From Atractiella rhizophila (lineage: Eukaryota): a stretch of DNA of 37,109 nucleotides. Position 1 is the stretch's first letter; the number at the start of each line of letters is the position of its first letter. The notes beneath the pieces were generated by a model. The model searched no databases. It saw nothing but the letters and a program-made list of their open reading frames with translations, and had not been told where the DNA came from. The stretch covers positions 1 to 37,109 of the forward strand of contig MU271632.1 in assembly GCA_021432655.1 (NCBI GenBank), read 5' to 3'. Positions 11,881 to 24,599 of this stretch are shown here, one piece after another. The position numbers and the translations under genes were made by a program.

Positions 11881-13072
11881 TTAATCTTTTTGTTTTCTCT
11901 TTCCTTTGTCCTTTTCCACACCCTCCTCGTTGCCTTTCTCTTTCTCTTTCTTCCTCTTCTCAGCATCGGCTAAACCCTTGAACTCCGTTTCTCCAACCTT
12001 CTTCGCAACCTCCTTTAGGAATCTCTTGCTCTTCTCACTACTCCACTCCTCCTCCCCGCTCTCAGCGCTGATGGTTTGATATAACTCCTTCAGAAATAGT
12101 GCCACTTCTTTTTCACCAATTTCCACGTCAGATCGTCCACCCCATGAGTAGTCGTAGGAAGCTTTATCATCTGTCGACGTAGTAGCCTTCGTGCGAGTGA
12201 GGTATCCCTGTCGAGTAAGAGTGGCAAGAGTATGTGCGAGAGTGGTGTTGGAATTTAGGACAGATGATGACGGTGTGAGATCGCCTGGTTGGAGTGAAAG
12301 CCGTTTAAGGTAGCTGAATAGTTGTTCCTCTCCTATTCGACGACCGGTGAGGAGTATCAATGAGAGAATAACCATAAGTAGGCCATAGGCGGCTTCGTCG
12401 TCATTCCCCCTGTCTATTACACACAGTGCTTCGTCCTCTTCATCAAATGCTTCCGAAGCTCGAGCTAGGAGTTCCGCGGGTAATGTCGAACGTAAAATGT
12501 AGCTAGTCTTTGAGGCTGGAAGCTGGACGATCTCGAGTCCCAAAATATGCTTCAGTCGTGTTTGAGCAAGGGAAAGGATCGTAGGCAGCTGACGAGAGTA
12601 TGGTGGGGGAAGCACCTTCTTCACTATGTCCTCCCTACGCAGTGGTTTTCGACTGAGATCGGTAAAAAGTGCCATTCTAGCGATCGAAGCAGCTTTATCG
12701 GCTCTGCCCTGCACACTTCAGCCCTAAACCTTCGTCCCAAAAAGCAAAGTAGTAAGGGGAAGCGTACAGCATCGTCCATATCGTCTCTTGCTCCTTTCTT
12801 CCCCTTCTTCCCTTTGCCTCCTTCATGATTCTCCTCTTCACCATCAGAAATTCTCGTTACATTACCCTGAGTCCCCTGAGATGTCCTTGCTTTCCGCCGT
12901 GGCGCGTCGGTCGCGTTCCTACCACGCTTCTTGCCTTTCCTTGCTTCTGCAGCATGCTGCGAAGCATCATCCTCTTCTGAACTTGGATCGGACTGACTAT
13001 TTCTTCGTGGCTGTTCAGCCAACAACTTCCATCAGCGACGCGTCAACTGGGATGGCCGATAAAACTCACCAT
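11881..13072 (-). CDS. NSE3: MAGE-family protein, Smc5/6 complex subunit Nse3
   Basis: ATG-only exon 13072-13070, exon 2 from 13010, exon 3 with ARMALFTDLSRKPLRREDI, SYILRSTL, GLLMVILSLILL, LTRQGYL, YSWGGRSDVE (MAGE homology domain). Confidence 0.85.
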
Positions 13073-13096
13073 TTCCGTCGTTTGGTGCGGACGCGT
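13038..13096. promoter_or_regulatory. Two MCB-like ACGCGT elements flanking the NSE3 start
   Basis: GACGCGTC palindromes with cores at 13038-13043 (intron 1) and 13091-13096 (upstream). Confidence 0.35.
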
Positions 13097-13366
13097 CTGA
13101 GGGGCTCCAAATCCGGTTTGGGGGCCGCAATTCGGATCCGGACGAGAAAAAAATTCAGTGGCAAAACTTTTTCAGGGTCTTCCACCACCATCTTCACTTT
13201 AGAAGCATCAAACAAATTATCTAGGCTCGAGAATATCTCGCCTCCCAACGAATTATCTTATCGTCGACTGTCCAGAAGGAAGCGACGACTTTAACGCGGT
13301 ATTTTTGACCACAATTCTTTCTTCCAAGTGGGAAGAAAGGCGGTAGAACTTTGTTAGCAAATAATC

Positions 13367-14843
13367 ATGGCTACTAAGTAAGTTGTCGTCTTTGATTGGG
13401 GATCGGAGGATAATGGAATTCAAGGAACGCTCCTGATGCAGTGGTGTCGGAGGTGCAGGAGACGGAGATCGAATCTAATTGGGATAAGGTGCGCTTTCCC
13501 CTTTGAGTTAGCAGGATGGCTTCCTCAGCAAGCTATTGTATATAGGTCGTCGATAATTTCGACGCCATGAATTTGAAGGCAGAGCTGTTGAGGGGTATCT
13601 ACGCCTATGGGTCAGTTCTCAATTGCTCATAGTCACTGCTGTGCTGAAATGACCGCTGGCAGTTTCGAACGCCCCTCAACCATCCAGCAGCGAGGTACGA
13701 GTCATCGGCATTATGCTTGACTCGGTTTTAAGCTGATAATCGTCACAGCTATTACTGCCGTCCTCACTGGACGAGACGTGATCGCTCAAGCGCAATCCGG
13801 AACCGGGAAGACCGCTACCTTCTCGATTTCCATCCTCCAACAAATCGACGTTTCAATTCGGCAATGCCAGGCTCTCGTCCTTGTCCCTACCCGGGAGCTT
13901 GCTCAGCAAATCCAAAAGGTTCTCGTTGCGCTCGGGGACTATCTTAACGTGGAATGTTATGCCTCTGTTGGTGGAACCAACGTTAAGGAAGGGATCACGA
14001 AGCTACAAGAGGGTGTTCATGTCGTTGTGGGGACTCCCGGCAGGGTCTACGATATGATCAATAACCGCAGAGCCCTCAAGACTGATCATATCAAGATCTT
14101 CTGTCTCGATGAAGCCGACGAGATGCTTTCCAGAGGTTTCAGAGACCAAATTTACGATGTCTTCCAGCTCCTGCCTCCTCAAACCCAAGTCGTCCTCCTC
14201 TCCGCTACAATGCCTCAGGACGTCATCGAGGTTACTACCAAGTTCATGAGGGATCCCGTCAGGATTTTGGTGAAGAGGCAAGAGTTGACTCTGGAAGGCA
14301 TTAGACAGTTCTATATCGCTGTCGAAAAGGAGGATTGGAAGTTGGACACCCTTTGTGATCTCTACGAGACCGTCACTATCACCCAAGCTGTCATCTTCTG
14401 CAACACGAGGAGAAAGGTTGACTGGCTTACAGACAAAATGCAGAGCCGAGAGTTCACCGTCTCTGCCATGCACGGAGGTTCGTTTTTGTTCCCTCCTTGT
14501 TTATTGGTTGTATCCAACTGAGGACTCCTGAGCAGACATGGAGCAAGGGCAACGTGAAGTTATCATGAAGGAGTTCCGATCCGGATCCTCCCGAGTACTC
14601 ATCACGACTGATTTATTGGCACGAGGAATCGATGTCCAGCAGGTATCCCTTGTCATCAACTACGACCTGCCGACCTCGAAGGAGAACTATATCCACCGTA
14701 TTGGACGTGGTGGACGATTCGGAAGGAAAGGTGTCGCTATCAATTTTGTTACGGAGGAAGATGTTCAAGCATTGAGGGATATTGAGAGGTTTTACAACAC
14801 CCAAATTGATGAGATGCCCATGAACGTTGCCGATCTGATTTAA
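13367..14843 (+). CDS. TIF1: Translation initiation factor eIF4A (DEAD-box RNA helicase)
   Basis: MATKNAP...[70 protein letters not shown]-terminus [10 protein letters not shown]. Confidence 0.97.
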
Positions 14844-15744
14844 GGTACTTTTCCTTTCTTTTTTCGAAAACTGACTAATTTGAGTGGACGTCCAGTAATC
14901 CCAGTACACCTCAAAGCGCTTTACTCCTTGAACCTGACTCAATTTCAACCAATCTCGAACGACCTCTAGCTTCACCAAACTATCGCCCATCGAATTTACA
15001 TCCAAGAGACGAACCACCACGATTGCGACCAACTACCTCACCCTCTTCTCGAAATTTCGAGCTTTCCTTCTTCCTTCTCGGTTGTTCATTTCTCTTCTCT
15101 TCCACCACATTTTCTTCCTTTTCCTTTTCCTCAGAGTTTCACCCTAAAATGTCCAAAGTGATTGTAGGGAATAGAGCGAGCTTTTGCGTCCCATGAAATC
15201 CATACATTCGTCGAACAATTGATGCACACTGCCAAGTCAACAGTAGATGAGTATCAACCACAAACCACGGAGATCGCCTCTTATCACTCCCACATGACTC
15301 CTTTTCCGTCACTTCCACCACTTTCTCTCGATCCCATTTCGCCACAACGAACGTTGGTTTCGACTTCCAAAGGAAGTAGACGCTTCTTGGGCAAGAGTCC
15401 GTAGGATCTGGATCTGTAACCTTCCCGAAAATTCAGCAAGGGTACTGATTATTGCTTATGTTTCGTTCGTGGCTATGCCAACTTGGAATGCCTTGAGGAA
15501 AACATTAGCTCCGGGATCAGTATATTCCTGTTCAGTCACGTTTACTGAAGACAGTACTCCTCCGTGAATGACATTACGGAGCTAATGGAGCATAGTCATC
15601 GTGGGTTTACGAGACGAGACAGGGAAGAAGTAGAGGAAGCAGCGAAAGAAGGAGAAGGATAAGACATGATAAAAGCACTGAGGAAATTATTCATTGACAT
15701 TCAACTTGTTCGCCACTTCGCTCAATTCGACCTGATTGATCATC

Positions 15745-16379
15745 ATGAAACTGACCTTCTCAAATCAAGAAATATGGGAGAGTCAAGTATACTCGACCGC
15801 GCTTTATGGAAGTACCACTCTCTTCGAGTTTATCAAGAGCGAATCTTTGGTCACTCTGTATATCCACAGCGGGGCGGAAAAGATTCCTTTCGCAGAAGTG
15901 CAGTTTCATAAACTCAGGAGCTCGACGCTTCGCATTCAAGGTGGCCCTGAAGTGAAAGTGCGAGAGTTTTTCAAATCCACTGGTTACAGTGGCACGTAAG
16001 CATTGTCCTCCATTAGCAGCAGAGCGATTTAATGATCGCAAATCACAGGGATTACAAGTTTCACGCACCTGGAGGTCGACTGTTTAAGTGGAAGTCCGAC
16101 TGGAAAGGAGACTATAAGGTATGGACGAGGCTCCTACAACCCATGGGCTGATCGCTTACGATTCCTTAGCTTTACATAGCATTACCGGAACAAAGAATCG
16201 GGAAAATTGAGAAGAGTTTGATGAAAAAATCCATTGAACTTGACCTGGATGACAGCATCCAGTTCACAACTGAAGAGCTGGCCTGTGTGATCCTCACTTT
16301 CGCATTGGTGTTGCGAGCGAAGAAACGAGATGATGAAATTACGGAAGCAGCATTGGAGATTGTAGGAGCTGCTGCTTGA
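15745..16379 (+). CDS. Small beta-rich hypothetical protein, tandem paralogue A
   Basis: Three exons with GT-AG introns; aligns end to end with the gene at 17128 (PFAEVxF, VKVxEF, GGRxFxWK, QxTTEELA). Confidence 0.8.
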
Positions 16380-17127
16380 TTTATCAAATGTGCGATGTGA
16401 TACTAGCTCTGACACCAGTGAAAAATGATTATGTGCCCTGGTCCTTCGTACTGCGGGAACAACTGAGAGAAGGAATATTCTGTATGACGTAACGTTCCGT
16501 AATCACGAACTGCCCCAAAGACTCGAATGTAGATTTGCCGTACCAAGCCGTACCGAAGGATGTATGCTGAGCCTGGGCATTGAGGGGGGATTGAGAAGTA
16601 GAGGCATGCTTGAGGCCTTGAGGTCGGTTCCATATGAAGGTCGTCTCTTCCTTTGGAACCCAAGTTGGAATGGATCGCAGAATGTAGTCTTCCCCGCTCT
16701 ATGTCCTCCTCATCAGGTGTTAGAAATGATGCACAACTCAAGAGTATCCCATGCTCAACATTCAACGAAGTGGCTATCAGCGACAGTCATTCTGTCATCA
16801 TGATGACTTTGGTGTTGTCTCCGTTGAGTCCTCAGATTTCTTTTTCTTTCGCTCTTTTGCCAACACTCATGCAGAATCCAAATCCAAACACGTTAGGTAC
16901 AGGTGGGAGAACGTAATAGGAAAGACGGGTCAATTCCGAGCCACAGGCAAACTTGGCATTTTATGTTGGAGATCCATGACATCATGACCAGACTGAAGGT
17001 GATACGCTCTCGATACTCATTCAATATTCAGTGGGTCACGGAAAGACGAGAAAGCGGCGAATGACAGAGGGAATGGGAACAAGGGTATAAAGGGAGCCAT
17101 CTGCACCACACCTGCAGCCAGCACAAA

Positions 17128-17763
17128 ATGCTACTTTCATTCTCCAAATCAAAAATATGGAAAAGCGAAATCTCATGCGAGGGCAACACTCTCTTTTCGT
17201 TTTCTACACATGGTTCCACCGTAAAGTTGTGCATTCACTCCTCTCTTAACACGATGCCATTTGCAGAGGTGGAATTCAATAAAGTCAAGAGCTCAACCGT
17301 CAGCATCAATGGAGGGAAAGCGGTGAAAGTGAAAGAGTTCCTGCGTAGCACAGGTTGGGGAGCGTTCGTGTTCCACGACATCCTACTCTATGAAACAGTT
17401 CCATTGACTACAATGCGCGAGCACAGAGGCGATAGCTTCCACGTTGCGGGAGGTCGCGTCTTTGAGTGGAAGGCGGGAACTTGGAGCGGGAAAGAGAGGG
17501 TATACATCTTTCCACGTTCTCATACATGATTTATCACTAATTCTCCCGTGTAGCTCTACATACTCAGCCCACGGCAAGAGATAGGCAGGGTTAGAAAGAA
17601 GCATAGACGCTATCAGCTCGATCTCAGCGACAATGTGCAGCTAACAACTGAAGAGTTGGCAAGCATTATACTTGCTTTCGGACTGTGGATGCGAAGGAGG
17701 AACAGAGATGATGTTATCCAGGGCGTAGTCAGTGATGTTACAGGAGCCATCGTTGGCGGCTGA
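17128..17763 (+). CDS. Small beta-rich hypothetical protein, tandem paralogue B
   Basis: Three exons, same intron positions and motifs as 15745-16379; TATAAA at about 17086. Confidence 0.8.
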
Positions 17764-18301
17764 TTAAGAGACTTTATATTACTTTATAATCAGCGTTGAC
17801 TCATTCGAAGCAAGTCCCTAAATACATACTTGGTGGCATTCCACTTGTAAATTAATTCAAGGCCGAAATATAGCAGATTTCAAGACTTGTTACAATCGAA
17901 ATGACACTGCTCTTCACGAATTCACCTGGATCTTGGATTTCGTAGACCCATCTGTCATATTCCTGTGGACGAAAATTGATTTACGAAATCCATTCATTTT
18001 ATGTTGATGCCTTCAAGAGGTCACCTGAGGAGTATCCAAAAGCAGAACAGCGAGCAGGAGAGCAGAGCACGAAAAAAACAGTTGTCTGGAAATACTTCCT
18101 TCTTGTCTTGATGGCATGTAAGAGTTTAATTATTCGATACACAGTGAAAACAAGCTGACAGACTGGGGAGTGAGAGATCTGCGACTCTGTAGAAATGGAA
18201 AAGCCGCAGCTCACGCACCTATAGATTGATGGCTCTACCACCCATCCCGCTGACTACATCCTTCACTTCCTGCTTCACTTCCCCTCCCAGTAGCCCTGTC
18301 C

Positions 18302-18314
18302 AACCCTAACCCTA
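18302..18314 (+). repeat. Short telomere-like (CCCTAA) motif
   Basis: AACCCTAACCCTA upstream of the ATG at 18463. Confidence 0.5.
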
Positions 18315-18462
18315 TGCTTAAACTTTTTGGTTCCGGAATGACAAGGAATGACAATGACAAAGGGCGAGATTCAGCCAGCCACCCTGACCATTTGACGCCT
18401 GCTTCGGCCAATTCTGTACCCAGAGAAGAATAGAAAGAGGATCCAGCGGCTGGCTTTATATC

Positions 18463-20908
18463 ATGGTTAGTGACATATCTCCATCTTTCCACTCTCTCAG
18501 CCTTGAACTTTGCCAGGTGATTACCCGTTCGGCTTCCACTCACTCCCTTCTTGGGAGCTCCAATGGGCCGATGACACGGTCGAGGTTATCACAATGGATG
18601 CAAGAGAGCACGGGAAGTGGACGTGGCAGTGGAAAGGTGAGGACGAGCAGCAGGAAGCGTGCAAAACTAGCTAGTTCTACGGACGGACGGTTAGAGTCAA
18701 AGGTGCGTTCGGGCAGCATGAGTGGAAGTGGGCAGGAGGAGGATGGAGAGGAAGAGGAGGTAGACAGCGGAATTGGACGCAGCGTCAAGCAAGAAGATTT
18801 ACCCTCGACATCCCAATTCTCCTTCACTTCTCCGTATACCACCACTACGCGCGCAGATACACCGACTTCCATCTCTCTCTCAATGCAGCGCACCTCACTC
18901 TCTCGTCCATCCTATCCCCGCTCTCCTACCCTTCCGCATCCGCGTCCGGATCCACATCCACCTCCAACGCGAATGTGCACTTGCGGTCAGCGACCGGCTT
19001 TTATCACCCGACGACAACGCACTCGACGAACGATGCCGTCGCGTCGAGCTCGAGGCAAGCTTACTCCCCGTACCAACCAATGAGGAATAGTTCTTCTCCT
19101 CCTCCACTGAAGCGTCGGCGCGTCGAAGCGATCAAGACCGAACCGCACGATTCGCTCCATCCCCAGCCCTTCGGTCCAGCCGGTTCTCCACTGGGTGCGG
19201 AACGCATGTTGATGAGGAAACAAGAAGAAGAGTACTCAAAAGCCAAAGCAAAGATTTCGCTGGAATCCCTCCCCACTTCAGTCATCAGCCATATCCTCTC
19301 TTTCCTCCCTCCTCCTCCAGATCACGGTCCTTCGAGTCAAATGCCGTCTCAGCCACACCCTCAGACACTTCGAACCCTTCTCTCTTTATGTCTCGTCGGA
19401 TCTCGCTCGCTTCTCCTTCCTGCTCAAGCTGAGTTATATCACTGCCCCTACCTCCCCACTCGTGCGAATGCGCACAAGCTTCACGTCGCTTTCCATGCGA
19501 ACCCAAAGTTGAGGACTCTGGTGAAACGCCTCGAGATCGATCTGGATGGGATGTGCGAGAAGAGAGAGGAGCAACGAGCAGGAAGAAACAGTGGAAACAA
19601 CGTATGGCTGCCTTGGTACTTACACCAGACTCTCCTCTTCTTCTCTCCCATCCTCCTTTCCGTCTCTTCCCTGCTCAGCTTCTCCATCAATCTCCCATCG
19701 AATGCCTCCGTCTACATGAACGAACTCAATCGCGTCTGGGGCACCTGGGACACCTTGCTACATTTCTCGAAGGACCTCTTCCCTCCTGATCGAAGTAGAG
19801 GTCACAATGATCCACCAAACTATCCTCCGAGAGAAGTGTCCATCCCAAGTGCAGCGGATGAGCTCTACGTGATTTATTCGCCTTCTCCCTCCGCCTCTCC
19901 CGCGCTGTGGCCGGTTCGGAGTCTTATGGGTCTACTGAAGGAGTGGACGAACATTGAGTACCTGGCTTGGAGGGGACTTTTGAGTGAATATGCGCCGAGT
20001 TTAGTGAATACACCGGCTTTGAATAATGGGGTGAATAGGTGGAGCGAGATGAAGACGGAAGATATAGGTAAATGGCTTAGGGAGGTCGTTCTCGTCGATG
20101 TCGCCATTGGGGACGACGACCTGAGAGGTCTCATCGCTCCGTGAGTCTCTTCATCTCCATCCAGTTTCTTCATTATGCTGAAGGAAAACGATTCAGATTA
20201 CCTTTGCGCCGTTTCGTCCTCTGGCGCTCTTCCCTTGTCTCTCGCATTGGTCTTCGCGATGCCATCCTGACTCGTACGGACGGAAGGACGACGAAACCTT
20301 CGACTCCTTACGATCCCTTCAATCCTCCCTGCTACCTCCAGCGTCACAAGCTCCAAGAGCTCGTTCTAGGCCCAGGATGGTGGGGCACGATCACCACCAA
20401 CAACAAACCGTCTGTTTCTGCGGATCCAGCAGCTTCCTATCCTCTAGACGAGATACTCGCTCATAGTCCCGAACTGAAACACCTTTACTTTGAGGGAGAC
20501 CTGATGAGCGTTGATTGTCTCAAGGATGCGAAGATTAGGTGGGCGAATCCAGAAGGCCTCGAGACTTTGGTGATCAAGGGATGTATCGGTGGTAGTGGAG
20601 GGATGGGAATATGGACGCCTGAGAAGGTGACGAATGCTATAGCGGGATGGGATACGGTGAAAATGCGTAAACCGAGCAGTTGGAATTCAGAAGAGGCGAA
20701 CGGGAATGCGAGCGAGGAGGATGTGCTGGAGTTTATACCTGGAAGAGGGAGGGGGATGTGTAAGAAGCTAAGATTGTTGCTTGGCGGCGCTTCGAGAGTA
20801 GGAAATCCGGCTGGAGGTCTGAGCTTGGATTGGTCGGACTTGCAAGTGAGGAAGGTGAGGGATGTAGCCAAGTTGAAAAACTGCGAGTTTAGGTACGTTT
20901 TCTATTGA
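18463..20908 (+). CDS. F-box/LRR-like protein with long disordered N-terminus; apparent frameshift near 18872-18881
   Basis: ATG plus in-frame intron 18466-18516; NLS-like PLKRRR; F-box SLESLPTSVISHILSFLP...LCLV; intron at about 20141-20197; LRR-like C-terminus. The N- and C-terminal frames differ and no normal-sized plausible intron joins them. Confidence 0.7.
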
Positions 20909-21510
20909 CTCTGCTTGATAGTGTGGGATATTAAACATTATTGTTCATGAACAGGGTCAAGTATGGCGAGATCATCATTTGGAAAGATGAACCGGCGATC
21001 TCGTAAAAGGGACATCGCGTTGGATCCAAGCTCACCATTTTCGATACAACGATCTCCCCTCACTGGATGCTATGTCCAAGCGTTTCAATGATGTGCGATA
21101 TCATTGATCAAATTTGCTTTCTTTCGCCAGATTCGACTACAAATTGCTGGTTCTACCGAAGCTATAATTACCTTTGATTGCTTGATTCTATCAGTCTTCG
21201 AACTAGCCCTGTCGTGGAGTTTGGCGCTCCTCCCCATGTTACCAGTTGTCCATCATATATCCATGATTATCTGTATAATATCAGTGATAGAAATACGCCT
21301 CGGATTGTAACAAGATTCTTATCCTAACCTGAATACAGTTGCACAACTGTGCAAAGTTCCTAACCTCGTCCTTCCAGAGGATTGAAGAATAATGTCGTCG
21401 GCGATAACTGCAACCAAAGGGCATTTTACTTTTGTACGGTCTTCCAACGACATATAACGATAATATACAGCTAGGCTTGGGACGTCCAGCTTGAATTTTG
21501 AAGAAGCACT

Positions 21511-23293
21511 TCAGTCGAATTGACTCTCTGTGCTCGCTGCACCCATCGAACTCCTCTCCGAGCTTCCTTGGATATCTATGTCAACGGATTAAAATATGAT
21601 CAGTTCCTGTCCTCCTCAAAAGAAGAATGAAGGGGGTAAACTCACCCATGAGGGTCTCGTCCATCAATTTGGCTCCGCTCCACTTCTGATGTTTGAGTAC
21701 ATCGACGCCTTCGTCCTTCTCCTTTCTCTGTATGAGTTCCGTGTACGCCTTCATTCCTTCTTTCAAGTATGATTTAGCCAGGACATCTGCCAATCAAGAA
21801 CATCAAGGTCATCTCCTCCGAGATTGATAGAAAAGATAATGGAGGAGTGCAGACATACTAGCTCCCAAAGCATCCAAATGCAGCCCAGCCAAACTAACCA
21901 ACTGCAACGCAAACCCCTCCTTCCCAATCTCCGGAATAAAGCTCTCCATCTCTCCGTCCGAGAAACCATGAGCGGACCAATTGAAGCTCGGGCTCAAATT
22001 GTACGTCAAAAACTTCTCCTCATTCCCCTTCACGCTCCTAAACGCCCTCGCATACTCCCTCGCCTCCGCCACCGACGGTTTCGCCGTCTCCGCCCAGACC
22101 CCATCGACGTACGGTCCGAAGGCGATGATCCGCTTCTTGAGTGCGGAGAGCCCTCCACGGTACCGGTAGAACCCTTCGCGCGTGCGGGGATGGGTATGCG
22201 ACCAGGGGAGAGGACGGCCGAGGAGGGAGGAGGCGAGGAGGTGGCGTTGGCGGATGGTGGATGGGGTTTGGGAGATGGTGGATTGGTATGAGGCGTATTT
22301 GTCGCTGGGGAGGATGGATTCGGCAGCTTGTGTTCGGTGTTACAGACAGTTAGGAGGGAAGGGAGGGAAGGACGGACCTTCGTCTATTGTTATCAGCTTC
22401 TTTCCTTCCAACCACTTCTCTTCTACTCCTTTACTCACCCCTCGCTCCCTCATTGCTCGGTCTACTTCCTCCCGTAGCGTGCTCTCGCCTTCCTCGACTA
22501 TGACGCCCTCGATGAATTCGGCATCTGATGCTCCTCCATCCTCGCTGATCAAAGAGGCATCACAACAATCCGTCCGTGCCACGCACACCGTTTCAGCACC
22601 CATAATATCCCACGCCATCCTCGCACCAACCAGACGCTCAATCATCTCCTCCACAGGCACAACCACCTTCCCTCCCTGGCGTCCACACTTCTTAACTCCA
22701 TGTAACTGATCTTCAATGTGCACACCCGCCACTCCCGAATCCGCAAACAGGGTAGCCAATTTCATGATAGAAGCCAATCCACCATGACCCGAGTCCATGT
22801 CTGCAAACAGCGGGACATTGTAATCCACCCACTCCTCTTCCTTCTTCTCCCCATTCACAACCTCAAACCACTCACGTCGATCCATCGCCCTCAAAGCCCT
22901 CTGTAACCTCTCCACCACCGCCGGTACACTCGTATACGGATAATCCGCCACATCAGGACCCGGATTGACTCCCACGGGATACACGCCAGTGGCGCTTGTG
23001 GCCCATCCAGAGACATATCCCACTTTAATCCCAGCCCGCACGTACTGTGATATCTGGACGGGGTCTATAGCTCCCATCGTCCGTATCGGCTCTCCCGTTC
23101 GGAGCGCGTGCAGGAGGAGCGCATGCAGCTTCGCGCCGGGGGATGGGCGGGAGTAGAGGTGGGCGGGGTTGGAGCCTACTTTTGAGAGGAGCTGTTGGGC
23201 GGTGTAGGGGCGACGGAGGGAGGAGAAGCGGGGGGAGGTGAGGAAGCGGTTGAGCGAGGAGAGGATGGCGTCTCGAGAGTGTGGCGGGGCCAT
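21511..23293 (-). CDS. ICL2: Divergent methylisocitrate lyase-like member of the isocitrate lyase family
   Basis: PRF...RPYT, YVSGW, GPDVADYPY, DSGHGG, HIEDQLHGVKKCGRQGGKV, ARTD, RTREGFY, YNLSPSFNW, QLVSLAGLH (Leu/Ser as in fungal MCL rather than Phe/Thr), HQKWSGA, TESQFD*; four exons. Confidence 0.88.
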
Positions 23294-23760
23294 CTCTGGA
23301 TGCTGGCAGGGAGGAGGAAGTGTGGAGGGGAATGTTCTGCTGGTTTGATGGTCGTTTTATGACGGAGCAAGTCGTTGCCCACTCACGGCGTTAAAGCGGC
23401 TAACCGGGAAGGTGCCTTCGTCTCGCTTCTTTATTTTGTATTTGCTTAGCGACGTGCTTCGGCTCAAGCAGGCTCAACGATATTAGAAATCATTGCTGGG
23501 TATGCACTCGACGATTTCCTCTGCAGAAAGGATAATGTTTCCGCTCAAACGAAGTAGGACAGATTGTTCGGAGAAGAACGAGCAGCAGACACAGACCAAC
23601 TTTGACTTTGAAGGCGAGTCAATACGTCTGAAAACCGCATCAAAGATTGCTTCACATACAAGGAACCATCTAGACAACGACTATCCACTCGATCAGAAAG
23701 TGAACTTGCACCTCCACCAAACTTTGACCGATCCACCATGACCAAAAAAGTCTTTTTCGT

Positions 23761-24599
23761 CTAAGAATCAGCCAATCGCCTCACCCGATCCCTGATCGTC
23801 CCAAACGCCTGTCTCAGCGTCTCTTCATTGATCGTAATGTCCGCAATCTGCACTCCAGCGTCCGTTCGAGGTCTTGAGACGCGGGAGAGGATGGCTGGCG
23901 AGTCGAGTTCGAGGATGATTCTGCACATGTGTCCAAATATGTCAAGACGTCGTCAGAATGTAAGATAGGAAGAGACCCACCCATCGTCCACCGTCTCATC
24001 CACCGTCAAAACTACCAAGTCGAGGTTCTCCAATACGCTCCTCTTTTCGAATTGGTGCCTCAGGACGGTGCTCAAACTCTCGTATAACGAGTTGAGCAGC
24101 GAACTCAGCATCAGCTCGTTCTCGCTCTCCGGTCCGACAATGTAAAGGGTGAGGTCGACGGATGGTTTGTAGAGGATGAGATGGGAGGCGTGTAGGAGGA
24201 TCTCCCCGTCTTTGCATCCAACCAACAGAAAGCAAACGCAAAGTGCAAAATAGAAATGCAAGAGTGCAAAGCAAGAGCAAAAAGTAGAAGAGAAACAGAA
24301 CAAACAGCCCATCAGCCTCAGAAATACAAAAGAGAAAAGGAACGCGCACTGGGTACTTTCTTCGTTTTCTCCCAAATGCTAGTCTCGAACGCTCTCTGCT
24401 CCTTCACCGTCGCAAACGGTCCTCCCTTTCCGGCCCCATTTGCGCTGCTCGATGCGCCGGCACCCGCAACGCCACCAGCAGAAGGGGCGGCGGAAGACTC
24501 CACGGTTGGGTGTGTATAGTATTTGGCGAGCAATCGCTGACCCTCGTTGTCCAGTATTAGGACGGCCGTCGTGCTGTACAGACTCAGGTTTTGGGTCAT
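23761..24599 (-). CDS. RET3: Coatomer zeta subunit (zeta-COP)
   Basis: NLSLYSTTAVLILDNEGQRLLAKYY...EQRAFETSIWEKT...ENELML...KRSVLENLDLVVLTVDETVDDGIILE. The exact last exon is uncertain. Confidence 0.92.

Noticed and set aside
14003..14473. 156-aa antisense ORF, and similar shadow ORFs over other genes
   Set aside because: Explained by codon bias of the sense gene (eIF4A); no independent motifs.
15139..15660. Short ORFs downstream of eIF4A
   Set aside because: No recognisable domain or supported start.
16403..16987. Overlapping short ORFs between the tandem paralogues
   Set aside because: No motifs and no coherent splice model.
5891..17803. TGACTCA sites as a window-wide regulon
   Set aside because: About four copies is what chance predicts in 37 kb.
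21190..21262. Possible C/D snoRNA on the minus strand (ATGATGG…CTGA)
   Set aside because: Imperfect C box and no recognisable rRNA guide.
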